From IMG/VR virus record IMGVR_UViG_3300033047_000016: a stretch of 64,000 nucleotides of DNA. One strand, written 5' to 3'. Positions 53,460-63,696 of this stretch are shown here, in pieces. The DNA comes from a virus. Numbering within the stretch: the first letter of the stretch is position 1; every line of letters starts with the position of its first letter. The notes beneath the pieces are model-generated. The model was given only the letters and a program-made list of their open reading frames with translations. It had not been told where the DNA came from and did not search any database. Both the position numbers and the translations under genes were made by a program.

Positions 53460-55112
53460 TTATGCTACGCCGTGTCCGCTGTTGACTCTGAGCGTGCCTC
53501 GTTGGGTGCGCCCTTTCTTGGTGTTCGCAAGGTATTGTGACACCGTGTCAACATAGTCGTCGTTCTTGGCGTTGGGAAACTTCAGCATTTCATCTTCGAT
53601 ATCTGCGATCCAATCGACGCCGCGTTCTGGTAGTAAAACCAACCCTGCCGCGAACATGGGTGTGACCCCGTCGAAACGGAATTGTTTGGAGTTGTTATTG
53701 GTGCTGATCGGAAGGACCGGCGCGGGTCCGGGGTTGTCCTTGCGCACCTGAATATATTGGGTGCCAGCGCCTTTGTCTTCCACCAACACTTGATCGACAT
53801 TGAATGTCCGAGCCAAATTGTCAATCCATTTTGTCATGGTATTGAATTCCTCACGGCATCGTACCGCGTGAATCAGGTAATGCTTTTTGTCGAACGTCTC
53901 GATCCATATAGTCGCGGCTGTCCAGTCAGAACGTTGTGTGTTCTTTTCAGCACAGTCAACAGATAATGTGGTGCGGCGAATGATCTTCTTGAATAGGCTC
54001 CCATCCTTACGCTTTATGTCTTGTGGCACAGCTTTGTAACGGCTGATGTCAGTACGTTGTAGCACGCCCCCTTCTTCATCGGACGGTTTTCCTTGGTACA
54101 GGCTGTTCCATGACCGGGCTGAGCTATCCAATTTCTTCAGACTATACCATTCGGTACCAAAAACCTCTGGCCACAATCCATCACCAACCACTCGACCTAG
54201 TGGGTCGTCGTCTTCTGCCAGCGCGGGGATATTGATAACCTCCCACGGATACGCTGTTGCACCGTCCGCCATTTTCTGAAGCTCATACCCAATCAGATCG
54301 TCTTCATGCCAACGTGTGGCCACAACAAAAATAGGTGACCCCGGCATCGGTCGTGTACCAAAGTCGTCCTCGAACCATTCATGCAGCTTACGGCGCATGG
54401 TCGGGCTTTCGGCGTCTTCACGAGAAGCGATTGGGTCGTCAATGGCACCAATGTCAGCACGGAAACCAGAGATACCCTGACCCACACCAATGGCCTTGTA
54501 ATAGGCTACGTTACTGTTTGAGAATTCAAAATAATCAGCAGCAGATGAGGACGCAGACAGGCTGCGTTCAGGAAATACTTCACGGTATCTCGGCTGATTA
54601 ATTAAATTTCTTACCGGTTTTCCGAGGCGGTCTTTAGCAAAAGTTTGTGTGTGTGCACCCTGCAACCAACGATCATCGACACGTCTTCCGAGGTGCCAAG
54701 CCGCAAAACGAATTGACGCGTAAGAGCTTTTTGCACTCCCCGGCGGCATCGAAATTGCCAATCGCATTATTTCTTTATTGTGAATTGCTTCCATGTAGTC
54801 GATCAAAAACTCATGGTGCATTGCCGGTGGTTCATGTCGAAACATAAATTCGCAGAACGGACTAAACCTGAACTGTGCTGCATAACGAAGCTTTTCATCA
54901 TATTGCGTGTCAATGGTTTTATGTAGAACATCAATGGCTTTGTACTGCGAAGTTAATTCCGTCGTCCCAGTCATGCTCTCCATAGCGTGCTTGGTTCCCA
55001 CGTCAAGAGGTTCGCCCCGGCTGATACTATTGTCGAGCTTCCCTTTCAAATTGGACAGTTGTTTCAGTGCCTTACGATATTCTTCGCGTTCAGGTATCGT
55101 TATCAGGGTCAT
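53460..55112 (-). CDS. terL: Terminase large subunit
   Basis: ISMPPGSAKS (Walker A), GFRAD...IDDP (Walker B), TRWHEDDL.G, LYQG.P, VEDKG.G, FPN.K.DD.VD. Confidence 0.93.
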   Translation of the reverse strand: MTLITIPEREEYRKALKQLSNLKGKLDNSISRGEPLDVGTKHAMESMTGTTELTSQYKAIDVLHKTIDTQYDEKLRYAAQFRFSPFCEFMFRHEPPAMHHEFLIDYMEAIHNKEIMRLAISMPPGSAKSSYASIRFAAWHLGRRVDDRWLQGAHTQTFAKDRLGKPVRNLINQPRYREVFPERSLSASSSAADYFEFSNSNVAYYKAIGVGQGISGFRADIGAIDDPIASREDAESPTMRRKLHEWFEDDFGTRPMPGSPIFVVATRWHEDDLIGYELQKMADGATAYPWEVINIPALAEDDDPLGRVVGDGLWPEVFGTEWYSLKKLDSSARSWNSLYQGKPSDEEGGVLQRTDISRYKAVPQDIKRKDGSLFKKIIRRTTLSVDCAEKNTQRSDWTAATIWIETFDKKHYLIHAVRCREEFNTMTKWIDNLARTFNVDQVLVEDKGAGTQYIQVRKDNPGPAPVLPISTNNNSKQFRFDGVTPMFAAGLVLLPERGVDWIADIEDEMLKFPNAKNDDYVDTVSQYLANTKKGRTQRGTLRVNSGHGVA

Positions 55113-55665
55113 TACTCAAGTCCTCAAGGTGTTGCAAAATAGCAACAGGTTCAACTTCTGGTGGAATTATATCTATGAGTTCTGGCTCAGACAATTCCCT
55201 TGTGGCGGAAATTACCTTAGCCATATTCTCCAACAGAGTGTTAACTTCACCGATTTTTATTCTGGATTCATCATCTTCTGGAACGATTGCTGTACCTGTT
55301 CCTTCAATTTCTACCATCTTTTGTATATTAGCGACAGCCGAATTTGCTGGCGCAAACTGCCCAGCTTCTACCGCATTTAAATATATTTTCTTAAAAGCAT
55401 TAGCACACCAAGTCATTGTCAGCCCCATTTCTCTTAGGGATTTAAATGTCTCTTCATTAGGCTCATCCATCGCATCATTAATGCGCTGATATATTTCAGT
55501 CTTCAATTCTTTTACGCGTCTTTTAACAACCGGAGAGGTTGCCAATCGGGACGCCGCTGAATCATTAGGGGCGTACCCAGCTAGTGTGTACGCTTCTTTT
55601 TGCTTAAGACCTTTGGCGATCTGATAAGCAAATGCTTCATGTTTTGGGTTATCAATTGTTGGCAT
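55090..55665 (-). CDS. terS: Terminase small subunit
   Basis: N.KHE.FA....G....EAY..AGY......ASRL...V..RV.EL; directly upstream of terL. Confidence 0.8.
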   Translation of the reverse strand: MPTIDNPKHEAFAYQIAKGLKQKEAYTLAGYAPNDSAASRLATSPVVKRRVKELKTEIYQRINDAMDEPNEETFKSLREMGLTMTWCANAFKKIYLNAVEAGQFAPANSAVANIQKMVEIEGTGTAIVPEDDESRIKIGEVNTLLENMAKVISATRELSEPELIDIIPPEVEPVAILQHLEDLSNDPDNDT

Positions 55666-55903
55666 CAGTTACGTGCCTATATCCAGAGCGTTGATACGCA
55701 TATTTTTTTGTCTGACGATACACTTCTTCAGCGCGGGCGCGTATTGGTGCCGTGTTCGCCAGCACCCATGCAGCGTCGGGGTCGCGGGGATAGCCAACAC
55801 CAAAATAACATACGTGTGGTTGGTTCCCACCGGCTAAGCACCGGGCGAACTGTTCGTGGCGTATATTATCCAGTCGGGGGTGGATCGGGGGTTTCTTGGC
55901 CAT
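55652..55903 (-). CDS. Small protein resembling the TerS N-terminal HTH
   Basis: LDN.RHEQFA..LA.G......Y...GY......A..LA....IR.R..E aligns with TerS. Confidence 0.6.
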   Translation of the reverse strand: MAKKPPIHPRLDNIRHEQFARCLAGGNQPHVCYFGVGYPRDPDAAWVLANTAPIRARAEEVYRQTKKYAYQRSGYRHVTDANN

Positions 55904-55904
55904 G

Positions 55905-56165
55905 TTACCTGCGTCGTCGGAGCACCTCTGTTCCAGATACTCTGGACTTTTTCTTGGTCATAGGTGCGGTTGAGTTACGTTTCTGTGCGGCAGTACGGTC
56001 GTCTATCCGTGACACTGAGAAGGCCCTGTTGGCCTGCTTAGGGATCGGGTTTGCCGGTTGCACACTACCAGAGCTTACGCCGGATCGACGTACGGTCTCG
56101 TTTGCAATGGTAGTCTCAGAGTCCGTCCTGTGTCTGAACGGACCCTGAATTACTTTTGCTACCAC
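55905..56165 (-). CDS. Small basic hypothetical protein
   Basis: 86-aa ORF in operon. Confidence 0.5.
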   Translation of the reverse strand: MVAKVIQGPFRHRTDSETTIANETVRRSGVSSGSVQPANPIPKQANRAFSVSRIDDRTAAQKRNSTAPMTKKKSRVSGTEVLRRRR

Positions 56166-56321
56166 TTACGCCTTCTTACGTGTGAACGGCAGGCCGTCCT
56201 TCTGCTTTCCAGCAGATACGCTAGTGCTAATCGGTGCAGCAGGCTTTCCAGCACGCAGCATCGCAGTCTTCTCGCCTTCGGTCTTTACAGCCATGATATC
56301 AATCTCCTTGGCTTGTGGCTT

Positions 56322-56834
56322 TTATACCACAGTTATAGGTGCGGTCGGTGCACACCCAAGTTCAAGCGCCCCATAGAGCGCCAATATTGCAGCTTCTGCA
56401 CGTCCATCAAGGATACCACCACGTGGTCCCTTGAAGTGCGTTGCTGCGCCGGGGATTAGCTGTGATGCACGTTGACAAGCTGCACGCTTGTCGGCTGGCA
56501 CCCGCATATCCTTCTTCCATCTTGCGGGCTTCACTTGTGTCAAGGGGATTTTTAACCCGGCGACGATGCCCTCAATCATTCCTTTGCCTTCACCAAAACT
56601 GAAAGCTGACACGACACCCATCTGCGGGGAGGCGTAAACCTCTTCTAGGTACACATGTGCCACCTCTTGCTGTTGCAACTCATGCACGATTGTGTACGGG
56701 TCGATCTTGACGCGGCGTTTGTTCGTTTCATACTCGAACGTAGGTGTGTCTACCAGACGTATAGTGCAGTCTTTAACATTCAAGAATGCGAATGCACCGC
56801 TGAGACCCGGATCAATACCACAAATTATGGTCAT
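56322..56834 (-). CDS. RuvC-like Holliday junction resolvase
   Basis: GIDPGLSGA, LEEV..SPQMGV.SAFSFG, V.P..WKK, DGRAEA.ILA.YG. Confidence 0.88.
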   Translation of the reverse strand: MTIICGIDPGLSGAFAFLNVKDCTIRLVDTPTFEYETNKRRVKIDPYTIVHELQQQEVAHVYLEEVYASPQMGVVSAFSFGEGKGMIEGIVAGLKIPLTQVKPARWKKDMRVPADKRAACQRASQLIPGAATHFKGPRGGILDGRAEAAILALYGALELGCAPTAPITVV

Positions 56835-57436
56835 ACACTATTTCCTTTAGAACAGTTCTCGTACATTGTCAACACCTGCAAATTCCACGGTACATGTAGT
56901 CCCCTCACCAGTGCTCCGCGTAGCGGTACAATATGATCTACATGGTGTTGTACCCCCGTTTCTTCGGTCAATTGTTTGGCTTCAGTATACTTTGCCAAAA
57001 TTTCCCCAACTTGGTCTTCCGTCAACCACGGCGGTGTTGCTTTAATTTTGTGGGCTTTTCTCATCGCGTTTTTTGCCGCAAGCTTGTCTGGGTATTTTAA
57101 CCTATACACTCTACCACTGCGGCGGTTAAATGTCGCCACACGCTCTTTATTATTAGCTGCCCAAGTTTTGGACCGCATCTTTACAGCGTCAACATTTCGC
57201 AAGTAATATTCATGTTTTAGTTTTGCCATTCCTATTGGATTATTTTTTCTCTGCTCTCTTGCTCTCTGTAGATATTCTTCTTTATTCTCTTCATAATGTT
57301 TTGTGTGCAGCGCCGCCTTACAAATTTTACATTGTTTTGCTACAAGCTTTCCTCCTTTGTCTACCCTAGTGTAGTGAGGTGTGTTGATTTTGCAGGTCTC
57401 ACACAATTTAGCAACAATAGGCAAGGTTATCCTCAT
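56831..57436 (-). CDS. HNH homing endonuclease
   Basis: ATPPWLT...[22 protein letters not shown]...EN.SKGN; related to 40274-41560. Confidence 0.9.
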   Translation of the reverse strand: MRITLPIVAKLCETCKINTPHYTRVDKGGKLVAKQCKICKAALHTKHYEENKEEYLQRAREQRKNNPIGMAKLKHEYYLRNVDAVKMRSKTWAANNKERVATFNRRSGRVYRLKYPDKLAAKNAMRKAHKIKATPPWLTEDQVGEILAKYTEAKQLTEETGVQHHVDHIVPLRGALVRGLHVPWNLQVLTMYENCSKGNSV

Positions 57437-57777
57437 TATCGTTTCGCATTCATGTTCTGGCGGTCGGTCTCGCGATCAGCCTCATATTTCTTAGCAGGGA
57501 TGGCTCGCACAAGGAACTTTTCACGTAGAGATTCTTCCAGAAACTCAGAATCCTCATGGTATTGTCTGCGCTCTCCTTCGGTCGGTACTGGCTTTGCCAA
57601 ATAATCCTTCACACGTTCGCGTACTTGGGCCATTTGTGTGTCTGGCAGAGCATGCCAGCGTTGGTCGCTAGGGGTCAGGACTAACACAGTGCCCCGGTCA
57701 GCATCCGTATACGGTGTGCCTTGCGGTGTTCCATCCTGCTTCTTACCAAAGAACAGCCACTGGAAAAAATTCTTCAT
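57436..57777 (-). CDS. Hypothetical protein
   Basis: 113-aa ORF in operon. Confidence 0.6.
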   Translation of the reverse strand: MKNFFQWLFFGKKQDGTPQGTPYTDADRGTVLVLTPSDQRWHALPDTQMAQVRERVKDYLAKPVPTEGERRQYHEDSEFLEESLREKFLVRAIPAKKYEADRETDRQNMNAKR

Positions 57778-57778
57778 G

Positions 57779-58312
57779 TCACTTACCTTTTTTGTTGCTG
57801 GGAACTACCCGGTCTTCTTTGGTACTGACAATTTCAAGCACCTCTTCAGCGTTCACATTCAACAGCTTACCGTTTCCATTCAGGGCTACAATTCCTACAG
57901 CCTCTGAGTGTAAAACCTCAATCACCTCACCACCCAACTCTACAGCGCCCACACGGCACTTGACGATATCACCCTTCTTAGCGGGGAACCGCAGGCTGGT
58001 GCGCATCACCCACTGTTGTACAAACCCTTTGACCATGAACGGCATACGAGCGTAGCATCGGTCCAGTATGGACAGTAGATCACCCGCCACAGGCCAGTCA
58101 AAGAAGTCGTCCAGATAACGTCCGGCTTGGTAGGCGTCTGCGCTCTCTTGCAGAGCTAGTGTGAACCCAGCAAGAAACTCTCTGGAGTCGGCGTTAGCAC
58201 CCTTAGCGCCATACATATTGGCCCACGACTGCACTTCGTCAACATATTCCACAGCAACCGCTGCCTTGACGTCATTATGGTGCCAACATGGGCGCACATT
58301 ATTTTCTGTCAC
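57779..58312 (-). CDS. Hypothetical protein
   Basis: 177-aa ORF with RBS and promoter. Confidence 0.65.
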   Translation of the reverse strand: MTENNVRPCWHHNDVKAAVAVEYVDEVQSWANMYGAKGANADSREFLAGFTLALQESADAYQAGRYLDDFFDWPVAGDLLSILDRCYARMPFMVKGFVQQWVMRTSLRFPAKKGDIVKCRVGAVELGGEVIEVLHSEAVGIVALNGNGKLLNVNAEEVLEIVSTKEDRVVPSNKKGK

Positions 58313-58450
58313 TGTTCTGTTCCTATAACAGTCTGTTGTTTAGGTGACATAATATACATAAAAAGTCACATGTCAAGCGATTATGGGTTGACAAACAGAA
58401 AAAGGCCCGCGTCAGCGGGCCATTTCAGTTAGTTTATGTCGAGTGATTCG

Positions 58451-59671
58451 TTACGACATTCCGAGCGCTGCAAGGCGTGAGGCCAGCATGACACTGTTTG
58501 CTTTCAGGTCAAACCGTACAGCAGATACAGAGAATGCTGCCATCAATGCCTCTGCTACTTCCAGTTCACTGGTTACGGTAACGTCGATGTGTGTGTCACC
58601 ATTCCCTGCGGCCCCCGTAATAATGTCGGTGATGTCACCGGGGCTTGGCATTTCAACATCAGCAATGACGTCTTCGATGTCAACGAAGTTGTATTCCTGC
58701 TTTAGTCGGGTTGCCATGTCTTCTGAAATGATGCCACTGATGGAAGCCGCGTCAGCGGTATCTCGGTGGTATTTCATGACCGAATCGTAAGTGCTCTTGA
58801 CCTGATCTTCGTTCGAGAAGTCAACATCATCGAATGTGCCAAACACATATACCATGAGGGTGCCTTGTTCTGTGATGTGCCCACTACGCGGCTTAGTGCG
58901 TGTGGTGGTGAATTTAGGCCACACAGGGGCCTCAGAGCCTGTGATGGCCTCTGGGGGTACTGCACCCATGGTAGCAGCGTGTGCTGCGTCGTTTTCGAGG
59001 GGTACCGGCGTAGCAATAATTTCACCTTCTGGCAAAGCAAAAATGTTAGGAGTTGCACCTTCCGCGTCCTCAAGTTCTTGGTAGGCTTCGCCGAGGAGTC
59101 CGTTAAGGAAGCTTTTAGCCTCCGTGCTATTTGCGTTATCCCGTGCCTCCACCAGAGCTTCGATCAAAGCATTACACCGTTCAGTGGTTGTGGCGAAGGG
59201 TTCACGCTCAGCCTTAAGTTTCGCTTCGCGCTGCATGATTTGGGCGATATCAGCGGCAGCAAGCTTGGCGACAGTATCGGCGTCAATCTGGGTCAAGTCC
59301 TCATCGACCGCAGCAGCAACCTTATCGAAGTCCTGTTCGGCGGTGGTAGCCGTATCGAATTCCGTTGGGTCCCCCTCCTTAGAGAGTTCGGCGATAGTTT
59401 CCAACTGCTGTGCCATGTCCGCCATAAGTTCTTCTAACTTGGCCTTAGTATCGTCGTCCATGGACGCTTTATCCACATCAAGGGCGAGGTGCTTGGCGAT
59501 CAACTCAATGCGTGCGTTTATCACCAGCAACGCAGCACCGACGGCGTTGAACCCCATAAGAGTGCCAGCCTCAAACATCAGGCGCTGACGCGCCTCTTCA
59601 GTAATATCCTTCACGACACCTTGGGCATCAGACTTCATAGTAGACATAAGATTCTCCTTTTGATGGTTCAC
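58451..59671 (-). CDS. Acidic hypothetical protein
   Basis: 406-aa ORF; AAGGAG RBS before MSTMKS (59647). Confidence 0.75.
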   Translation of the reverse strand: MNHQKENLMSTMKSDAQGVVKDITEEARQRLMFEAGTLMGFNAVGAALLVINARIELIAKHLALDVDKASMDDDTKAKLEELMADMAQQLETIAELSKEGDPTEFDTATTAEQDFDKVAAAVDEDLTQIDADTVAKLAAADIAQIMQREAKLKAEREPFATTTERCNALIEALVEARDNANSTEAKSFLNGLLGEAYQELEDAEGATPNIFALPEGEIIATPVPLENDAAHAATMGAVPPEAITGSEAPVWPKFTTTRTKPRSGHITEQGTLMVYVFGTFDDVDFSNEDQVKSTYDSVMKYHRDTADAASISGIISEDMATRLKQEYNFVDIEDVIADVEMPSPGDITDIITGAAGNGDTHIDVTVTSELEVAEALMAAFSVSAVRFDLKANSVMLASRLAALGMS

Positions 59672-59692
59672 CCGCTACGCGGGCCTGTGTAA

Positions 59693-59815
59693 GTTCTGTG
59701 GTCTTCGTGTTCTGTGGTCTTCGTGTTCTGTGGTCTTCGTGTTCTGTGGTCTTCGTGTTCTGTGATCGTTTGTGTTCTTCGTGTTCGTGTTCATTGTTCG
59801 TGGTCTTCGTGTTCA
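59693..59815. repeat. 16-bp tandem repeat GTTCTGTGGTCTTCGT (4.5 perfect copies, then degenerate)
   Basis: Copies at 59693, 59709, 59725, 59741, 59757. Confidence 0.92.
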
Positions 59816-59990
59816 TCGACTGTATCTTGGTGGACATACACGACAAGGCTTTGGTCGTCAAGGTATTTTGGTGTGTTAACGACGACATCCCATTAACATT
59901 GAACAAAAACAATAAGTTACACAAAAATAACGTGACCAACGACACCGTTTTTAGTGTATTTTCTGACGAGTGCGAACAGGAATTAGTCCC

Positions 59991-60280
59991 GTTCGCAATC
60001 TGGACTCAATGAAATCAATAGGTTAAGAGAAAATGCGAACGGATGTTAAGAGAATCCCCTACTCCGTATAGCTCAAAGATAGTTTATTTAGAACGTCATG
60101 TCCCTTACTCAACACACCCACGAGGACGTTCCTAAGTGCGGGAAAAGCACATATAGTTGAGTACGACGACGTGACGTCCTAAAAAAACATCTTTTGAGCA
60201 CTATGGCCTGATGCTCACCAGTTCACACTCGTTCGCACTCGTTGTAACCTATTGATTTTATTGATACCACATTGCGAAGG
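59991..60280. other. ~290-bp imperfect inverted-repeat element flanked by inverted IHF-consensus sites
   Basis: AATCAATAGGTTA (60014) and TAACCTATTGATT (60246); long stem 60068-60113/60157-60204. Confidence 0.6.
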
Positions 60281-60462
60281 GCGATGTTAACGGAATGCAA
60301 AACGCACTATATTGGTGATAATCCGCGTCAGCGGAGCCATTAAATTATAGTTGAGGCGTGCTACTGCCACTATTTTATGGCAATAATTGCTTGAATAAGT
60401 TCCTCGCGGTACGTCCATTTTAAAAAATATGTTGACACCGTTTCAATAGTTGAGTATGTGTA

Positions 60463-61479
60463 TTGACAAGCCTCAACAAGGAGAAAAAAGTGACGAGACT
60501 GGTAAAAGCATCAACAATATCCAAACACAACAAGAAAGTACTGTCTTCGAATGGTGGCAACATCAGGGTGCATGGTTACAATTATCGGTCCTCTCAGAAC
60601 GGTGCAGGCAATCATCGTGACACTGAAGAGACGAAACGGTTGAAGGCAGAACACAATGCAGCGAAGAAGGTGTTGGTGGATATTGCCTTGGCACCTTATA
60701 TTGCTGTACAGAAAGAATCACAACGTGTCAAGCGGAAGCTACCAGCGTTGTTTCGCAGGATGGCGGCTTGGGGGTCCAGTTTTGTAGAGGAGCATGTTAT
60801 CGAGGACATCACACAGTTATCTGTGTGGAACACGAAGCGCGTCAAGGTGCGCTGTAAATGTGGGAGATTGTATCATGCCACGCCGGATTACCTCATGACT
60901 ACCAGAGCAAAATATGGGGGGTGCGTGGCGTGTGCCGCAGATGCCCGCCGGGGTGGTGGAAGCACCAACAACAAAGACGCCCGCATCAAGTACTCCATGC
61001 GTATGGATGAACAAGGTCGTGACATCACAAAGTTCACTACTATGGCTTCTCCGGCGGAGGTCACCGACAGGGCGACAGAACTTTCCGTTACCATGTACCC
61101 AAAAAACGCTCAGCGCTGGCAGTTCGTTGAAGGGAATGGTGGGTGGGTTCGTAGGACGACTAAGGCCCACATCGACCGGCGCGTTAAGTTTGTCGCGGAC
61201 CCAGATGATCACGTCTTCTTCTTTATAGGCCCGACGCCGACCGTTATTCACCCATTTATTGCTGATCTGTTAGGGACACAGCCAGTGGAAATCTATAACG
61301 AGCTAACCGGATCGCGCGGTCTCGGGGTAGGGATAAAAGAATGTCTTGACGCAGGCGACAAGGTTGTTAATATGTCTCAAAACGAATCATGGTTGGGTGA
61401 CGATAAATACTCTTGGGGAAAACTGCCCGACCTCAAAGCCTACATCAAATACAACAAAGACCTATGGAAGGAGAAATAA
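60463..61479 (+). CDS. Hypothetical protein with CxC...CxxC zinc motif (homing-endonuclease-like)
   Basis: RCKCG...GCVAC; AAGGAG RBS before GTG 60490. Confidence 0.6.
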   Translation: MTSLNKEKKVTRLVKASTISKHNKKVLSSNGGNIRVHGYNYRSSQNGAGNHRDTEETKRLKAEHNAAKKVLVDIALAPYIAVQKESQRVKRKLPALFRRMAAWGSSFVEEHVIEDITQLSVWNTKRVKVRCKCGRLYHATPDYLMTTRAKYGGCVACAADARRGGGSTNNKDARIKYSMRMDEQGRDITKFTTMASPAEVTDRATELSVTMYPKNAQRWQFVEGNGGWVRRTTKAHIDRRVKFVADPDDHVFFFIGPTPTVIHPFIADLLGTQPVEIYNELTGSRGLGVGIKECLDAGDKVVNMSQNESWLGDDKYSWGKLPDLKAYIKYNKDLWKEK

Positions 61480-61480
61480 T

Positions 61481-61684
61481 ATGAGCTTTCAACCAGACGA
61501 CCAGCGCATCAAGACCATCACCCGCGAGGTTGTGGCCCACATCATGCTTCGCGTGGAAGAAGAATTTGGACCCAATGACGATGGGATCGCTGCGGCGGTG
61601 GCCATCAGTGGTCATGTTCAACGTGGGATGAATATGGCGTTGGAACATACCATCACCCGCTTCGCACAGGAGGAATCAGTATGA
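61481..61684 (+). CDS. Small hypothetical protein
   Basis: AAGGAG RBS, MSFQPDD. Confidence 0.6.
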   Translation: MSFQPDDQRIKTITREVVAHIMLRVEEEFGPNDDGIAAAVAISGHVQRGMNMALEHTITRFAQEESV

Positions 61685-61884
61685 ATAAGCATGAAGCGGC
61701 GTGGATCGTTGAGCGGGTCAGCGGTGAAATGATGCTGATGATCATGCAGCGGGTTCTGGAAGAATGTGGACCCAACGACACCAGTATCGTCATGGAGTCA
61801 GCCATCGCCGACCATCTATCCGCGCGACTTCGTCGCGACTTGGCGGTTGCCCCACTTAACTTTGAACAGGAGGAATCAGCATGA
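61681..61884 (+). CDS. Small hypothetical protein (similar to upstream ORF)
   Basis: IM.RV.EE.GPND shared with 61481 ORF. Confidence 0.6.
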   Translation: MNKHEAAWIVERVSGEMMLMIMQRVLEECGPNDTSIVMESAIADHLSARLRRDLAVAPLNFEQEESA

Positions 61885-62106
61885 GCATTCAATGGCGCTG
61901 GAAGTGGAAAAAATAGCCGCCGCACTTCTTGGTGACGGTGGCAACGACAATCCACCTGCAAAGTACGAAGACAGCATCCATCGCGCTGTCGCCCTGCACA
62001 TGTATGAGCTTGGATTGCAGAATGCTGAGGATAGTTGAGTAGCGACACTTGACGAATCATTCTTTAGCTCATATATAATATTAAACTGAAACGAGGAGGA
62101 ACCAAC

Positions 62107-62430
62107 ATGATCATGCAACAATATTATTCAGTAATGGGAACCGACGATACAGGAAAAAATGTTTTCTATGCTGAAGACGAGAATTCCGGTGGATATCCGT
62201 ACGCGAGTGGTTTTAATGGAAAACAAACGCCAGACCTGATCACAGCCGTCGGGTGGTTGCAGGAGTGTGGCAAGAATAAATTTGCAAAAATGGATTCACC
62301 TACCGTGGTCCGTATTGTGTATGAGCCGGTAGACACAGAAGACGTTCAGTTGGCTGAGACCAGTGTTGACAACATCATCAAACACTTGTCACGTGATGAA
62401 TTGGCCATCATCAAGAGGAAGCTGAAGTGA
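62107..62430 (+). CDS. Hypothetical protein
   Basis: GAGGAGG RBS; D..SGGYPY motif. Confidence 0.7.
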   Translation: MIMQQYYSVMGTDDTGKNVFYAEDENSGGYPYASGFNGKQTPDLITAVGWLQECGKNKFAKMDSPTVVRIVYEPVDTEDVQLAETSVDNIIKHLSRDELAIIKRKLK

Positions 62431-62744
62431 ATACTTTCAACACCCCGCAAAACCGCGCCAAATTTGTTGTGCGTTTCGGCTGCAAGCATCCAGACGGACC
62501 ATACGCCGTTGATGTGGATACGGCAACCATCATCCTGCACCGTTTCGACATGCGGTACGATGATCACCAAGACCCACTTTTTTTATGGACGATGATCATG
62601 CAGAATCGTGACACCTACATGCTCGGGGAGATACACCTTATCGAGGCCAAAGCGCGGGGTGTGAACATAGGCATCAAGCGCTATGCAACCATTGGTGCAC
62701 ACGTGACCACTGCTATTTACACATTCATCGACGAACTTAAATAA
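62427..62744 (+). CDS. Hypothetical protein
   Basis: 105-aa ORF, coupled. Confidence 0.6.
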   Translation: MNTFNTPQNRAKFVVRFGCKHPDGPYAVDVDTATIILHRFDMRYDDHQDPLFLWTMIMQNRDTYMLGEIHLIEAKARGVNIGIKRYATIGAHVTTAIYTFIDELK

Positions 62745-62754
62745 GGAGAATGAT

Positions 62755-63624
62755 ATGGGATGCCTTAACGCCGATCAGAATTTTGAACACTGCTTCGGCA
62801 ATATCCATCTGAGTGGACCATGTAATCGGTCCTGCTATTTCTGCATCGGGCAGTACATGCCCGGTCAGGATATGAACAACAACCTGAGTGGTGAGTTGTT
62901 GGGGCTGGAAAAATTCACCAACATGTGCCGTGACCGTAAGGTCACAGAAGTGAATATCACTGGTACCAACACCGACCCGCTGCTGCGTAGGGATATCTCA
63001 GCGGTGTTGAAGACTTTACGCCTGTCAGGGTTCACCAACATTGGCATGCGTACCAATGGTGTGAAGACTTCTCGGTTGGTTGAATTGATGCCTCTGTTGG
63101 ATAAGGTGAGCATCAGCATCACATCGTTCAACTCCGATCTGTATAAGAAGACCATGGGATCGTGGACCGTGCCAGACATAGCCAAGATTGTCCGCGCCGC
63201 CGACGAACACGGGGTATTCTTGAAGCTGAATGTTGTACTGTGCCCTGAAACGGTCAACAGCGGTGACATTTATGCAACAGTACACGCCGCAGAAGAATTG
63301 GGGATCGAAAAGATCAACTTCCGTGAGCCATATGGCCAGACACACATCGGTGACCCATTTGCACAACACGGGCGTCGCCCGGACAAGGTGGTGTTTGGCA
63401 ACCCATGCTACTTTTCCACCTACGGCGTCCAATGCACGTATTGGGACGTCCACTATACCGAGGTTGAGTCAATCAACCTGTACGCGGATGGTAAGGTGTC
63501 CACAGACTATCCTATCACGCTTGGTCACAGCGAAGAGCACGGTGACGTGAAGGATCAGGATCACTTCGACCAAGGGCGGCAACGCCCGCAATGGGTTGGC
63601 ACAAAGATGGAGACAGCGGCCTGA
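62755..63624 (+). CDS. Radical SAM protein
   Basis: CNRSCYFC (CxxxCxxC), ITG..TDPLL, RTNG. Confidence 0.9.
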   Translation: MGCLNADQNFEHCFGNIHLSGPCNRSCYFCIGQYMPGQDMNNNLSGELLGLEKFTNMCRDRKVTEVNITGTNTDPLLRRDISAVLKTLRLSGFTNIGMRTNGVKTSRLVELMPLLDKVSISITSFNSDLYKKTMGSWTVPDIAKIVRAADEHGVFLKLNVVLCPETVNSGDIYATVHAAEELGIEKINFREPYGQTHIGDPFAQHGRRPDKVVFGNPCYFSTYGVQCTYWDVHYTEVESINLYADGKVSTDYPITLGHSEEHGDVKDQDHFDQGRQRPQWVGTKMETAA

Positions 63625-63696
63625 TTAATTTAGGCTGTTGACATAGGCAATTTTACGCCTATATAACACACCTGAAACAACACTAAGGAGAATATC

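Noticed and set aside
59693-59815. 16-bp GTTC-containing repeat as further LexA boxes
   Set aside because: GTTC recurs at 16 bp and the internal CTTC is at N6, not N7.
59628-60012. ORFs 59628-59945, 59698-60012 and 59714-59896
   Set aside because: Low-complexity translations of the tandem repeat; no RBS support.
33848-60334. Recurrent GCGCGTTAGCGC / CCCGCGTCAGCGGG motif as a protein operator
   Set aside because: Best explained as stable C(UAAC/UGAC)G tetraloop hairpins of terminators or processing stems; several have adjacent T-runs.
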